Positions 12,349 through 25,264 are shown, counted from the stretch's first letter. The stretch is DNA of 64,000 nucleotides from Dicyema japonicum (GCA_011109175.1 RDEW01000043.1:404076-468075), one strand, 5' to 3'. Made by a program: numbers and translations. Notes: generated by a model not told the origin, from the letters alone.

Positions 12349-15300
12349 TCACTCACACTCATCTTGTTGGATCAAACATAAACAATCAGCCAAAATCTTT
12401 TTACAATCACACCCCGAAAACATCATATCTGAGAGAATAGACTCATATCGCCTCATCATCCTATCATACAACATAACACCCACCTAACTGCCTCGGTGGT
12501 GACTTTACACCAATTCAGTATAATTTGACCACTAATCATCCGAATGTGCTTAACCAGGGCGTCCTCACTTTCACACTAAAACTAACTCAGCGCTAAATAC
12601 AGTAAACTCCTTATTAAAATCCACGTGCTCGAATGAATGGCGTCGTGACATTTCTAGTCCATCAGACGAATCAGTGAACTGTACCTCTGTCATGGGGGTT
12701 GATGACGATAACTCAGGGATGTGTTTTTCCTAACATATCAGTCAAATTATCACCAGGATATGAGATACCAGAGACCATTTCTTATGGGAAGTGAGTCCGC
12801 ATTCATCCATGGACAGCATCCCCCACTATAAGACAGTTCATTTATATGGGCGGTGATGACATGATTCACCCTGGCAGATGAGCTTCCAAACCTCCTAACC
12901 ATCCATTAATTCAACCAACCTCCTGCATTTATCCCAGGGACACTCCAGTAAAAGATCTTTCCCTTCCTCGGAAAAGTAAGAACCCACGTGGGTTATAATA
13001 TCAACTGAGCCACTCTCAGAACCAATATCTGAGTCCATTTCCCCTGGTTTAAGAGTAGTCTTAACTCCAACGGATGAACCCTCCGTCTCAGAGTTTCTGT
13101 CCTTAACAGGGGAGTAAGGAACGTAGACTTGACTTCGTTTTGGTGGATTCTCAGATAGAAATGAATGTGACTCCCCATCACACAGTCCATTAACTTCCTC
13201 AATTGGGGGAATCGTTATCCGTTTAATAGAATATTTATTCTTATTGATCTTTTCGGTCAGTAAAGAATCCATCAACTCTGGAGATTTTACCGTCAGGACT
13301 TGGTTTTTCTCTTCCCTGTGTTGAAGTCCATAGAAACAGGTTCCCCCAACCAACTTGACTTGGGGGAATACAGACCACACAAACAAGCAAAAAGGTGGTG
13401 AGGGACACCAATAAACTCGATTTTCTCACAAAATTTCCGATAGAACCAAATAAACTAGAAACAACAGTCTTTGAGTTTTCCACGACCTGGCACGTGTTCA
13501 TCAACCTGAAAGCTATAGATTAATTATATACCACGTGCGTGTCATCTCAACAGTTTCGGTGTCCAGAGTAACACCACCAGACATATTAACAGGAAATTCA
13601 CGTTTTTGCGGAATGTTTTGAGGTAAGGGATTGTCATAAGTAACAAACCGAACTTTGTGTTCCCCAAATTTGACTTGTTCAAAATCAAATAAGGCCAACT
13701 TTGATCTATCAATCCTCAAAAACTCCACCAGAACGACTAAAACTCAATAAAACTGAGATAACCGAGGAAATCCTCAACTTTGATGAGGATTTCTGCAATT
13801 TTAGGACTAATCCGGTTCAGATTGTGAAAAAATTCAAGTCCGTTGAGAATAACAGCAATATTTGTCCTGTTTTCGATAAAAATCTCACAAATTGATTGCA
13901 CAAACGAAATTGTAAGTAAATCCTCAATAAAATCTTTATTTTGAGGGGAATTGCACAACCCACTCAAAATTTGAATTCCTAACAGTAATTTACAATAAAA
14001 ACCTTTAATTATGACAGATAGCTGGCGGTTTTTGATGTTTTGAGGGTCCAAACACTGTAAAAGCAACAACTTAAAACCAAAGGGCACGCATTTTGAAAGA
14101 TTCTCTCCAAAATGAACCTGAAATGATAATTTACAAGCAAACGCGAAAAGAAGCAATTTCCAATGCGCTTAAAGCAATCATTTTGAGTGTTTTCGATCCA
14201 TTAAATGAAGCCAAAAGCAACAGTCTCAGTGCATTATCATGCTTTCCTATCAATGAGAGGTTCCAGTCATCAAACATTGAATTATTTAAGATTTTGAGAA
14301 TCTGAGTTTACAACAAGAATAACCTTATTTGTAAAAGTTTCTTGTCTCTTTCTTACAGTAGAGTTAATACACTCAACCCTCTGCTCATCCCACAAGCCAT
14401 TAACAGCGAGACATTTCACAGTTTCGTAATCATCGGTTGTCAGCCTCCAAAACTACGAAAATCCTCAGATAAGCCAACCTCAGGGAAGCTGACAAATCGG
14501 TGGGAGTTCCAATGACGAGAAAACACCAAATCGTAGGAACGGTCCTGATTAAATCCCAGCCATGAAAGTATAATGTCAAACAGCCGTTTACACTTTGTCA
14601 GATCGATCCTGGGTAAAGGAACTTCGCTGGTCATTAATAGACAGCAATTTATGGCGAAATCAACGGAAGATGACACACCAGAAAGCAGGGATAACTCCAA
14701 ATGGAAGCTTGGATTTATTAAGTTAGTCGCCTCAGCCAGTCCAATCTCTTTTCGTTGAGCATCTTTGATTATCGAATTAATATTTACTGTCAATGTACAG
14801 AAAGTTGTAGTTATATGTCGTAGGGAGAGTGAAGAACAAGTCAACTTCTCTTCTGTTTTCCAAATCGTATGAATCGTCGGCATTCCAGGGATCTCTGTTC
14901 TCGAGACCGATCAGGTACCTCATAATATATTAGAAAACAAACCGATTGTAAATTTGTCTTAGATAGTTATCAATGCCCAAGGATTTTCCAATCAATCCGA
15001 TTGATTCAGCCACTTCCTTCCATTTCTTGCGGGAAACGACAGACTGGTATCCCCCAAGCATCTGCACCTTGTTGTAAAGAAGATACAAGTCAATTTGTAC
15101 TCCATTTACAGTCGGCAGGTGCACAATTGTAGTTCTAAAGCAGTAATTTAAATGAATGACAATGAAAAATTAAAATGGGCGCGCATTTTGAGTGATCCGA
15201 TGTGTGTCACAAATTAAGTTTTTGCCGGCAGTTTAGGAGGTTAAAGACAAAAAACTAATGGTAAATATGAGACGCACGAAAAATTAACATTTAATATAAA

Positions 15301-15414
15301 ATGTGGTTAATAAAGCGCATGCGTAATGATATTAAAATAATACCGTTGCATCCTGTTAATAGTAAACAGGTCGTTGTAAAACTTTGATCTCTCTGGTCCC
15401 ACTCTTTCTGTCAT
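12349..15414 (-). CDS. ARID2: AT-rich interactive domain protein 2 (BAF200, PBAF subunit), multi-exon
   Basis: ARID domain (PTVNGVQIDLYLLYNKVQMLGGY..W), LSLLSG..VDFAINCC, RFX-like winged helix, two C2H2 fingers, C-terminal LVKHIR..ILADCL. Introns 15135-15343, 14919-14942, 14763-14787, 14453-14478, 14302-14323, 14118-14142, 13979-14002(?), 13737-13762, 13506-13531, 12895-12919, 12730-12753, 12576-12600, 12461-12483. Three apparent 1-nt deletions. Confidence 0.88.
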
Positions 15415-15854
15415 CAAAAACAACAACAGTCCTAATAAAGATTTTTAAGAATAATCTATTTTAAATATAAAATTCATTATTAAAATTAACTAATTAAATA
15501 ATTATGTAACATTATTGTCAAATGTAACATTCTCCCTGCCACTGATGAAGATTACCATTATCAAAACACCCGGTTGGGAATGAAGTGATGTCTGCAACGG
15601 TAGGACGTGCCACGAAAATGGACCTACTTTCCACCTCTTTTCGGAAGCCTGTAATGGACTATTTAAGGATGGTCGTCACATGCAGACGTTCTCATGGGTT
15701 CATTCATTGGATTAGTTTGTTATGGCTGCTTGTGCTGAACTTGCCGAAAATTTTCTAGTGGCGCTCCCTGGCGACGAGTTCTGGCTTCGAAGTTAGCTTC
15801 AGGAGAATATTTTCTGGATCACTGCATATGGATGAGGGGGCTCTACTGGGACCA

Positions 15855-17215
15855 GTCAGGATCTCGCTATCAGTTAGTATTGGTTTTACAGTTGGTCTAG
15901 TGAATAATTTCATTTCTTAAACTCTCTCTATTTACGGTTATCGATTATAGTAAGGTTTAGAACATTATTATAATTCTGAGAACACAGAAAGAAGTATCGT
16001 CTAAATTAAGTGATCACGGTGTCAGTGCATCTCCCTCTGTTCCAGCTATGTCTGGAATCTTTCAAGAGTGTCCAAAAGGGAGATGGTTTGTGTTCAAATT
16101 TACGAGCATACTCCTTGTAGACAAGAATCTCCTCTTCAATGGAACTTCCAGAAGACTTCGGCATTTTAAGGAAGTTTCGATGTCTGTCCGCGAGATGTTT
16201 CATCATTTTGTGAAATTTAATCTATTCCTCAACTATGTGGTCATTCTATTACATTTAACAAGGATTCGCGGGCACTGGTTCTGTATGTCTTATATTTTGT
16301 TTTGTGTGGATATTGATAAGTTTGTAGTCCACACCGCACATGCCTGTTCGATTATTGGTAGGATTATTACTTCACTGTGTTGTTAAGTGAGTTGATTGTA
16401 TCTAATTAAGCGTTGTTTATTAAGGTTAGGTGGAATGTTAATTAATTTTTTTTATTCCAAGACCACCGTTAAACCGAAAAAACAAACAAGTGATCTCGAC
16501 AAATTTAATCCAGGCTCTCAGCTTGTTTCGATGCTACTCCATGATCCTACACAATCTCTTTGGGTAGGGCTATATCCTGATCCCTTGATCTGGTCTCCTC
16601 TATTATTTCTTCTGATTATGATTTCTAAGGGTGTTGGCATCATATCCTTTTGCCCGTAGACCACTATTCTATCTCTCCAAAAGCCTTTTTGTGTAGCCAC
16701 GATTTTCTGAGCATTAATCCAAGAGATTGAAGGCCCCCTATTAGGCACGTGTATAGGAAATGCATGTTCGATATATTGCAAGTAATGAGTTTTAGAATGG
16801 GATGGTTCCCGACTTTGCATAGCCCCGTTAGGCTTTTCAGGTTGATTTTTTTCTTAAATTTGTTTAGCACATTTGTGTATCATAGATCACTGCCAAGTTT
16901 TTGCCATCTCTTACATGGTAATCTTTTCCCATTCACTTCAATTGACTTTTTTATATTTTTTGTCCGAGGTGAACAGGGATGTAACGGATTTCTCAGGGCT
17001 CACTGTTTACAAAGCAGACTCGTCCCCTCCGTTAGCCATCCAGAATCTAAAATTCTCAGTCATGTTTCTCTGAAATATTTTCCAAGTAAGATTCTTCCTA
17101 GGAATGGAGTCGAAGGATTTACATATGTCTACTGTGCATACAGCGGTTTTCTGAAGTTTGGGTTTGTGAATAAAGTCACTCAGAGAGATCAGATGACTGG
17201 TGGTTGATCGGTCTT
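15855..17215 (-). mobile_element. Degenerate LINE RT and 3' UTR (composite)
   Basis: TVDICKSFDSIPR near 17100; ILPIIEQACAVW near 16350; 15855-16140 is repeated at 26618-26900. Confidence 0.65.
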
Positions 17216-17630
17216 TTTTGAATGTTAAAATGAGATGTTTAAGTCATTATTTATTTATCCCCGATTCCCTTCAAGTGAAGGAAACCGGTTGCTAATAGAA
17301 GAGTAACTACCAAAAGTGGACGCCGGGGGTATATCTGGTAAGGCACAGAAATTGAAGTCGGACCAGGACAAAAAAATGGTTGTCTAGAAAACAGTATTGT
17401 GGTTCACCCAAAAGGGAGTCATTCGACCAGGTTGACAGCAGTGTGATAATAAAACCCACAGCCAACCGCAACAGCACTAGCCACTACACTACCTGGTCTA
17501 AAAGCCATATGTTGGCTACTCTACCTACTTTAAAGTATGATGGTCCACCCAAAAAGGATCATATGTCAATAATATGGTGGTTCGTCCTTAATCTTATAAT
17601 TCTTCCCCTGTTCGTAATAAATTTTGATGT

Positions 17631-18810
17631 CTAAAAATAAAAAATTATTATTAGAGTATAAAATCCCACAAACAATAATTTATGATCGCATAAATCGAGC
17701 GAATCGATAACAACCACCTGCAGTGCAGTCAATGGCAGTTGTTTAGAGATCACAAACTGCTGATTTCCCACAAAGGTAAAGGTGGAGGTACAACTTACAA
17801 CCCCCTGCAGGGTTTTATCAACCAATAAAGTGGCTGAAATAAGGTTTCCCCTTCTTTTCACGTTAAAGCTAATTTATTAGGCACTATTTACCTAAAATTA
17901 TCCCCAACCACAACTCCATTAACCTTCCATGTAAAATTGAGGGATTTGATGTTTTCATACAAAAATGACTGGCAGTTGACGACCTTATTTTTCTGGTTTT
18001 CTCCGATATTTAGGTTTACGGCTAAATTAATGGTTTTCATACCTAAAATTGTTAATTTAATGATTTTTTCAGCATTTCCTATTAAATTTTTAGCCTTGCA
18101 GGCGAAATGGTCACTTCTACCCACGTGGGCCACTTTTATGTGAATACAATTCTGCGAGTGTCAGTAATTCTGGCATACAGAACATATTTGCTCGTTTTTT
18201 CGGAATCCAATCTCCACCAGCTTACATTTGCGATTGGAGTTCCACTTTCAACAATGCAGGAAAAATAGTTTGACGAATCTTCCGTTAAAATGTATTTTTT
18301 TGCCTTGACTCTGATGATCGGCTTTTCTGTGATAATTAGCCTAATTTAACCCCCAAGTCGGAGTTTATATGTTTTTGAAAGTTCGTAGAATTTGTCACCA
18401 GCTCTTTCTACGCACTGGTAGTCTCCTTGAAGGGATTCATTGAACAAAATTATGAGTTGGTTAGTTCTGTCGATTTTGTAGGCAGATTTTTGCGAACTAG
18501 TTCGGATATATTCTCCATTTTTGAGCCAGATTGCCTGAAATTTGAAATTTGCATTTGAAACTGAATTGATGTTTTCTGTTGTAGTACAATTAAGTGCGAT
18601 TTGCTGTTTTCCGCAACGTAAAAAATTTCAGTATTTGTCGATTTTATGGCGCCTAAATTAGAGAGATTTTATTAATTTAAAAAATTGTTAATTTATATAA
18701 AAATTAACTTATATTAATTGAAAGCCGTTAATTACCCCCTTAATATAGGATATATATTTTATATATGTGTTTGAAAATATACCGAATATAATCCAAATTG
18801 TAAAGAGCAT
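17631..18810 (-). CDS. Immunoglobulin-domain secreted or cell-surface protein (3' end uncertain)
   Basis: Signal-like first exon MLFTIWIIF|GA; Ig motifs IALNC..WLKNG..GDYQC, FSCIVESGTPIANVSW..FACKAKNLIG and VVNC..FTWKVNG; short GT-AG introns; some frameshifts. Confidence 0.65.
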
Positions 18811-19050
18811 TCAAGTTTTCGGGCGTGTTTTAGTATAAATATGCTTGTCTGCCGTTGCTAGTGCAATTTACATTGGATTGTCAATAACAGTGCATCACGA
18901 GGGCTATATTTCAACAACGTTTATTTAAATGTCACATACCCTTTGGCGTGTACCATCGATTTACATTTACTTAATTAATAGCATCAATTAATTATTAGAG
19001 GCTAACAGTAATATCATCTTATTTCATACATTCACGAGAATTTATAATAA

Positions 19051-19341
19051 TGAATGTCTTGGAAGATATGAGGAGTCCCTAGTCCCCTTAATTTATTCCA
19101 AGAACGGATGTCTGAAAATATGAAGAGTCCCTAGTCCCCTTAAGTTATTCAAATTATGGATGTCTTGGAAGATATGATGAGTCCCTAGTCTCATTAATTG
19201 ATTCCAAGAATGGATATCTTAGAAGATATGAGGAGTCCCTAGTCTCCTTAAGTTATTCCAAGAATGGATATCTTGGAAGATATGATGAGTCCCTAGTCCC
19301 TTAAGTTATTCCAAGAATGGATATCTTGAAGATATGAGGAG
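19051..19341. repeat. Minisatellite, about 5.4 copies of a ~54-bp unit
   Basis: Unit TATCTTGGAAGATATGAGGAGTCCCTAGTCTCCTTAAGTTATTCCAAGAATGGA. Confidence 0.95.
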
Positions 19342-19458
19342 CGTAAGTTTTTTAAGTTAGGAGTATTATTTCGATGCCTAATTTCTCTTGATTGAGTTTT
19401 TAATTATACTCATTGATTATAATTTGATATTAATTCATCAATAGTAGACATAATTTTA

Positions 19459-19690
19459 TTATATTGAACCGCTTAGGACTTCAATATTTAAGGCACAGTT
19501 TGATAAAGGGACAGCCAAGGAGTTTTGAAGGTGAATATGCATCGAAACTATTGTCTTTCTGTTTTTTTCAACGTTTCCTTTGCAAATAACAGTGAGTGGT
19601 GGCTCTATAAGACTTTGATGAGTCTTACATCTCACTGTCCATAGTGGGATGGAAATTAGAATTGGGAGGTTTGACATATAATTTGGAATT
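19459..19690 (-). other. Possible exon resembling a transglutaminase C-terminal beta-barrel
   Basis: PPLTVICKG...HLQNSLAVPLSNCALNIE resembles P.L.I..G...F.NPL...L..C.L..E; no other exons found. Confidence 0.3.
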
Positions 19691-19749
19691 GATTAATGCG
19701 CCAATTTTTGACAAGTATGGCAGAGAACTATTAATGCCAAGCACTAGTC

Positions 19750-19950
19750 TATCCAGAACCAGCGGAGAGAGAAGATAACATCCAGTTCTTGCAGTTATAG
19801 AAATCCATTTGAGGAATGACCCAATAAAGTGAGAAATAACAAATGATCTTCTTTCATGTCGAGCAATGGGTACCACATAAGACAGGTGGATCACATGACA
19901 CCACTTTAGTAAAACAAGGGAAAAGAATGAACAGAGAATGAGAAAAATCG
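19750..19950 (-). repeat. Copy of dispersed ~300-bp retroposon family (see 47165)
   Basis: Shares TCCAGAACCAGC, AAATGATC..TTTC and GACAGGTGGATCACATGAC blocks. Confidence 0.75.
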
Positions 19951-20039
19951 AATTCAAGGAGTTTTGCTAGTCATGTGACATTCAAACCATTAATCTTCCT
20001 GGTCTTTAATGTAGTGTCTTGGACTGCACTGGGGGGGGG

Positions 20040-20450
20040 GGCTATAAGTACTATGGTTCACGTGGAAGTGTTAATTATTATTCGAGTACTTTCAGTTATT
20101 TAAAACTTACTGTGTGCATGTCTACTGTTAACCAAACACAAGATAAAATCGTTGAGGATTTTATGGAAAGGTACTTATCTCAACGGGAGGTTGCTAGGAA
20201 ATATGCTGCAAGTATAGGCTTTAGGCACTATCTCTCGATTGAAAAAGTATGCTTTTGTGATCGAACTCCAATTCATAGTGCTTAACTATTTCGAGAAGAG
20301 TTGGATAAGAAGGTTCATCTACACTTTCCACACCTCCGCCGTATCCACCATTGTAAAGTATTGCTTTAAAATTTTCGAAAAAAAGAATTTCTATAATTTC
20401 AAAACATCGAATGGATGGTTGATCGCTAGAAATGACAATGAAACTGCGTA
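20040..20450 (+). mobile_element. pogo-like transposase remnant
   Basis: SQREVARKY (HTH) and FKTSNGWL motifs; heavily decayed. Confidence 0.5.
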
Positions 20451-21342
20451 GTATATCAAACTTCCACCTATGAGACTATTTGTTGGTTCTAAACTCACAG
20501 AATCAAAAAAATAAAGAAAACGCCGCCCTTCTACTTTATCGTGTGAAATAACGCCTCCGTTCCAAGCAAAAATTCCACCCATATCCGCAGTCGTGGGACC
20601 CGTCCAGTAGAGTACAAAAAAGGGATACTTTTTGAATGCCACTGAATGTCTCCTGAGCTAGATGTATCACATGACTTCCCTTATGATTCTAAGAAGGCAC
20701 AAAGCACTAAGAAATCATTCGACCAGATAAATATCGGTTTAAGAATCAAATCCACAGCTAATAAGAAGGTAAGACAGTAATAACCGAGATATAAAAAGAG
20801 GCAATAAAAATTGTGCTAATACTTGAGTTGTCACATGTGTTGCCAATTCTATTACCTTGTTTTATCTTCTAAGAATACTAAATTTTAAGTACACTGAGCT
20901 AACTTTCAGCTACATTTGGATCGTCACAAAAACACGATTAGAAAATTAAGAAGTTCCAGTCCACGGTAATTGAAACTCTCGGGAAGTTTTTGCCCTCCTT
21001 GGTAACCCTACCCACTTCGAGACCTTAATAAGGTAAACGGAATCGCAGTTCAACACGTGAACCCAAGACAATAAAGAGAATCTAAATGAGGAGCTGGGAC
21101 CCCGTGAGGTACACCAAACAAAGATGAGGTAGTACCTGGAGAGCTCGAGATCACCTAATAGCCTTGTTTTCTCTCCTTAATTTAATGGTGATTTTTGACT
21201 TTTAAAAATTTAGATTTTATGAATTTGAAAATTTTGCCCTTCAAATCGGGGTTATTCTGTAATAATTTAAAATATTATTTATTTAATTATTTTGTTAATA
21301 AAAAATAAATTTAAATACTTATAGTAATAGATCAAACACGTG

Positions 21343-21858
21343 ATGTCAGGTATGTCTAGTTGTACTTATGCTTTATCCTCTTGTATAATCTTCTTTTAGG
21401 AAGGTTGGGATGCTCTGGTGGGAAGTTTAGGACGACTCTTGGTTTGCCTACATACGGGAAACTTAACTGTGCAGACAATACCGGTTGAATATCTTTTAAT
21501 AGCATCTAGGAGCCAAGACTCTGTTCATAATATCCGTGAAGAGATGCAATGGCACATTGAGCAGACTCCCAGCTGCTGGAGTCGGGGATGTGGTTGTCTG
21601 CTCTGTCAAAAAGGGGAAACCCGAACTTCGTAAGAAAGTCCTGAGGGCCATCGTGGTTCGACAAAGACAGCATATTTCCAGAAAGGACGGGACGACAATA
21701 TTTTTTGAGGATAATGCAGGTGTCCTAGTGAACGACAAGCATGAAATGAAGGGTCATCTTTTATTAATATTGTAGGGACGAGCATAACTGGTCCAGTCGC
21801 TAAGGAATGTGCGGATATATGGCCCAACATCGCCTCCCATGCGAGTAGCATATTCTGA
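21343..21858 (+). CDS. RPL23: 60S ribosomal protein L23 (uL14), 138 aa, 4 exons
   Basis: Exons 21343-21349, 21400-21483, 21510-21752 and 21776-21858 give [69 protein letters not shown]; introns of 50, 26 and 23 nt. Confidence 0.95.
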
Positions 21859-22466
21859 TTTTGGTTTTTATTAATTTTAAGTTTGATTTGTCTAATCTTT
21901 TTGCTAATTATTAATATATGTAGATAGCCCACGTTGTGCTTTATACTTAGTCTTTCAGCAATCTGGCACAGAAATTCAATGGGCACCCCTTAGTCTTATG
22001 AATCCTTTGTTTGATTGTCTTAGCTCGCCATATGAGTGTAATCATTTAAGGTATCACATTGGCGAGTGTGACAAGACCACTCTGCATTGATCATTTTGAA
22101 GTAATTAGATAATCTGTAGCTAAACAAATTTTTACTTGCAATCATCTCTGATATTAATTAACTACCGAGAAGCGAAAATCCAGGATTAGCTAGGATAGGA
22201 TAACTGAGACATATCTACTCTCCGTTGAATCACCTCACACCATCCTCATATATGGTTGTTATTTTTCTGATATATGTGATTGTTCTGAGTACTTTTAATG
22301 ATTTACTGATATTGACTGAAGGATAAAGTGATGAAATAAACAAACGTACTTGATTCTAAAATTTCAGACAACATAAGTGCCTCTAAGAGTGTAGGAATTT
22401 CAATGATGCTTGTTGAATAACCATTATGATAATACTTGATTTGTAGTCACTGAATAACAAACATGT

Positions 22467-23830
22467 TTAAAGTATTAATTCCTTTAAGATGTTATAAGCA
22501 CTTAATCTAGTCATAGGACGTGACAAATCATGACTAGTTAACTTCTTCCAACTCTGGCGATTCTTTGCCTCCTCTCGCAGCCTGTTGTGGTCTTCCCCGT
22601 CCTTGAGGCGTCTTCCGATTTCCCTAAGATCTTCAAGGACGGTCGGTAGAGTCGGCCTTGGTCGACCACGGAAACGCGGAAAGATTAGAACATAGTAATC
22701 TTCCATGGCCACGAGGGTGCCCAGATCCAGACGAAGTATGTGTCCAAACAGCATCCATCTTGCTTCCAGGATCTCACACTAAATCCCTGTGCTTCTCGTT
22801 CTCTTATAAAGAATGTCAGACGGCAGTCTGGAGTGGTTCCAGGAAGAAAGGGTATGCCGAAGCTGATTTTCAAGTTCTTGTCTTTTGCAGTCTCAAATGC
22901 CCGCATTATACAGGAGTATTGGTTTCACAAGTGCATTGTGCAAGCGGGTTCTTGTATCCACATCGAACTGTTCACGGGCATCCAGGTTTTTTTGATTTTG
23001 TGCAGTGCGGCGTTTGCTATAGTTTTTCTTCTAGTTGTATCTTCTCTGTCACCGAGAAGGAGCCTAGCTTATTGGTTTTACGCCAATATTCCTCTGTCCG
23101 TCATCTGGGGATGCTATTGTGCTAGTCCCCATCAAGGAGCATCTCCAGGTACACAAGGGCTTCCTTAAGATAGATGACGAAAAAAATATGGGGTAGTGGA
23201 TCTCCTTGGGGGTGTTCACTATTGTCTCGAATCGTCTTGAGCAAGTTCCCCTGATTCTTACATTCAGGTACATGTCCGAAGGAGTGTTTTCAAAGGAGCC
23301 TTCAAGGACTTGTGATAATTTCCACCAAGGTCACTCTGAACCTTTGGACCATTGCTCACCTCCACTTCTAGCTCCATGGTCGATCCGCCCTTACGGAAAC
23401 CGGTATGCCAAGACGACAGATATGAGTCTGCCGGTTCTGTACATTCCGTTTAAGATACGAGCTATACTTTGATGCAGTTTTTGTGTTCTGTATTTGAAAA
23501 ATTCGCCATTAAAACCGTCGGGCACGGATTCTTTTCATTTTTCAATTTTGAGCTGGCTACCTGTACTTCTTGTGGAGTTATTTCTTCTTAAAGTTCGCTT
23601 CCTTCTGGAACACTCCCAATGCTTCCTTGATTGTTCGATTTGAATAAATTTTCGAAGTGGTTAACGATAAGCTCCACCACTTCTAATTTATCCACAATTT
23701 GTCTCCCTTGCAAAGTTACTGGCTGTTTTAGTACTTTTCCTCTAATTTGTCTAACGACCTCATAGAACCTTCCATTGTCCTCCAGGCTTTCAATTACTTT
23801 AATCTGGTCGATTATCTTATTCTTTGTTCT
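22467..23830 (-). mobile_element. RTE-clade LINE, degenerate RT and C-terminus
   Basis: LFGHILRL..GRPRPTLPT..NRQSWKKL; DLSSLRKP; YLNVRIRG. Confidence 0.8.
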
Positions 23831-24009
23831 CAGGTTTTTCTTATTTTTGTTTTAATATGTCGCGCGCTATGAGCACATATGCGTGGAGCGCACATAAAAA
23901 CTTTTTTTCTAATAAACCCAAACCTTTAAAAATTTCAAAAATAAATTTAAACAATTTTAAGTCTTTTTGGTCGACTTTTGAAGTCGATCTTTCAAATTGA
24001 CAATTTATC

Positions 24010-24245
24010 TAGTATTATGCCGTCATGGAAGAACTGAATCTTTTCAAAGGACGTCCAAGAAGTTGTCTTCCCAGGACACTTATGGAGGATTATGCTGTGA
24101 TTGGGGGCCGATTGATGGATGCAGACGATCTGGACGAAATCAGGAGGCGAGTACCACTACGAAAGGGATGGAGAATGCTAACGACAAGAATAGTCGAAAA
24201 AACATGGCACAAGCGAAATCATAAACAGTGGTTACTGGTAATGCG
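24010..24245 (+). mobile_element. RTE 3'-end fragment
   Basis: FKGRPRSCLPRTL..DLDEIR..RKGWRML. Confidence 0.65.
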
Positions 24246-25158
24246 GATGTGCTTTAACCAACTATAAATCTCTTGTCCACACTTGTTTTCCATTTTTTGT
24301 AAAGGCAATCTTCGAATACACGTCAATGTAAGTAACCACGCGTACAAATCATTATTTAAGTCTAAAAATTAAAATGAGAAAATACCTTAAGTCAGAGGTT
24401 GTCAAACGGTGTGCCGCGAGACAATTTCTAGTGTGCCGCCTGCCAAATACAAATTTGAATAAATTTATATACATTTTTTGACCTAATTAATTTAAAAAGA
24501 TAAACAAATTAAAATACTTACTAAAATTAAAATAATCATTTTTTATTATATATTAATGAAATTTACATTGGTTAACCATTATTTATTAATTTTTTAATAA
24601 CGTGCGCATCAACGTGCTAATGGGTAAATCAGTTTGTCGTTCTTATAAAAATTCTTATTTGTCATTTGGATTTATATGGAAAGATAAAAATGAACTACCT
24701 CAATGTCTAATTTGCATGGAAGTCTTGGCAAATGATGCTATGGTTCTTAGCAAACTAAAGAGACATTTTACTTCCAAGCATTTGGACTATTCCGAAAAAT
24801 CTGTGGATTATTTTATCCATTTGAAAAAACAACACAAGTATTATTCAGTTTTTACTATGAATCGTAGATCTAGTCAAATGATGTTCAGTGAAACTTTTGT
24901 AAACACAGAGGAATCATTGAAATGTTCATACCTGATTTCAGAATTGATAGCAAAACAACTAAAACCTCGCACTATTGGCGAAAACTTGATAATCCCTACT
25001 TGTCGTATTATTGCTCGGACTATGTTTGGTCATAAACATGAACAAAAAATATTGAAGATACCTTTGTCAGAAAATACTGTTTCTCGTCGGATTTGTGCTT
25101 TGTCGGAGAATATTGAAAATAATGTCTCATTTTCTATTAAAGAAACTAGGTTTTCATT

Positions 25159-25264
25159 CTGCGGCACTTGGCATCGGACAGGAGGGGATGGGAAAGGATT
25201 GTTCAGACGCGGCACGAATAGAATTATAGTTTATATGATTCTATGTAGTTGCTTATAATAATAA
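25159..25264 (+). mobile_element. 106-bp 5'-truncated RTE insertion
   Basis: Encodes LRHLASDRRGWERIV..*; (TAA)n tail; 12-bp TSD TAGGTTTTCATT at 25147-25158 and 25265-25276. Confidence 0.85.

Noticed and set aside
15415-15440. Spliced-leader trans-splice acceptors (TAG shortly before the ATG in four genes)
   Set aside because: TAG is frequent in AT-rich DNA, and SLC30A9 has a cis donor; cannot be supported without transcripts
19051-19341. CRISPR-like or hammerhead array (ATGATGAGTCCC)
   Set aside because: Whole units repeat with no unique spacers; no CTGA core or GAAA; eukaryotic context
22090-22460. C/D snoRNA cluster suggested by many CTGA and TGATGA motifs
   Set aside because: CTGA equals TCAG acceptors on the minus strand, and no convincing rRNA guide could be verified
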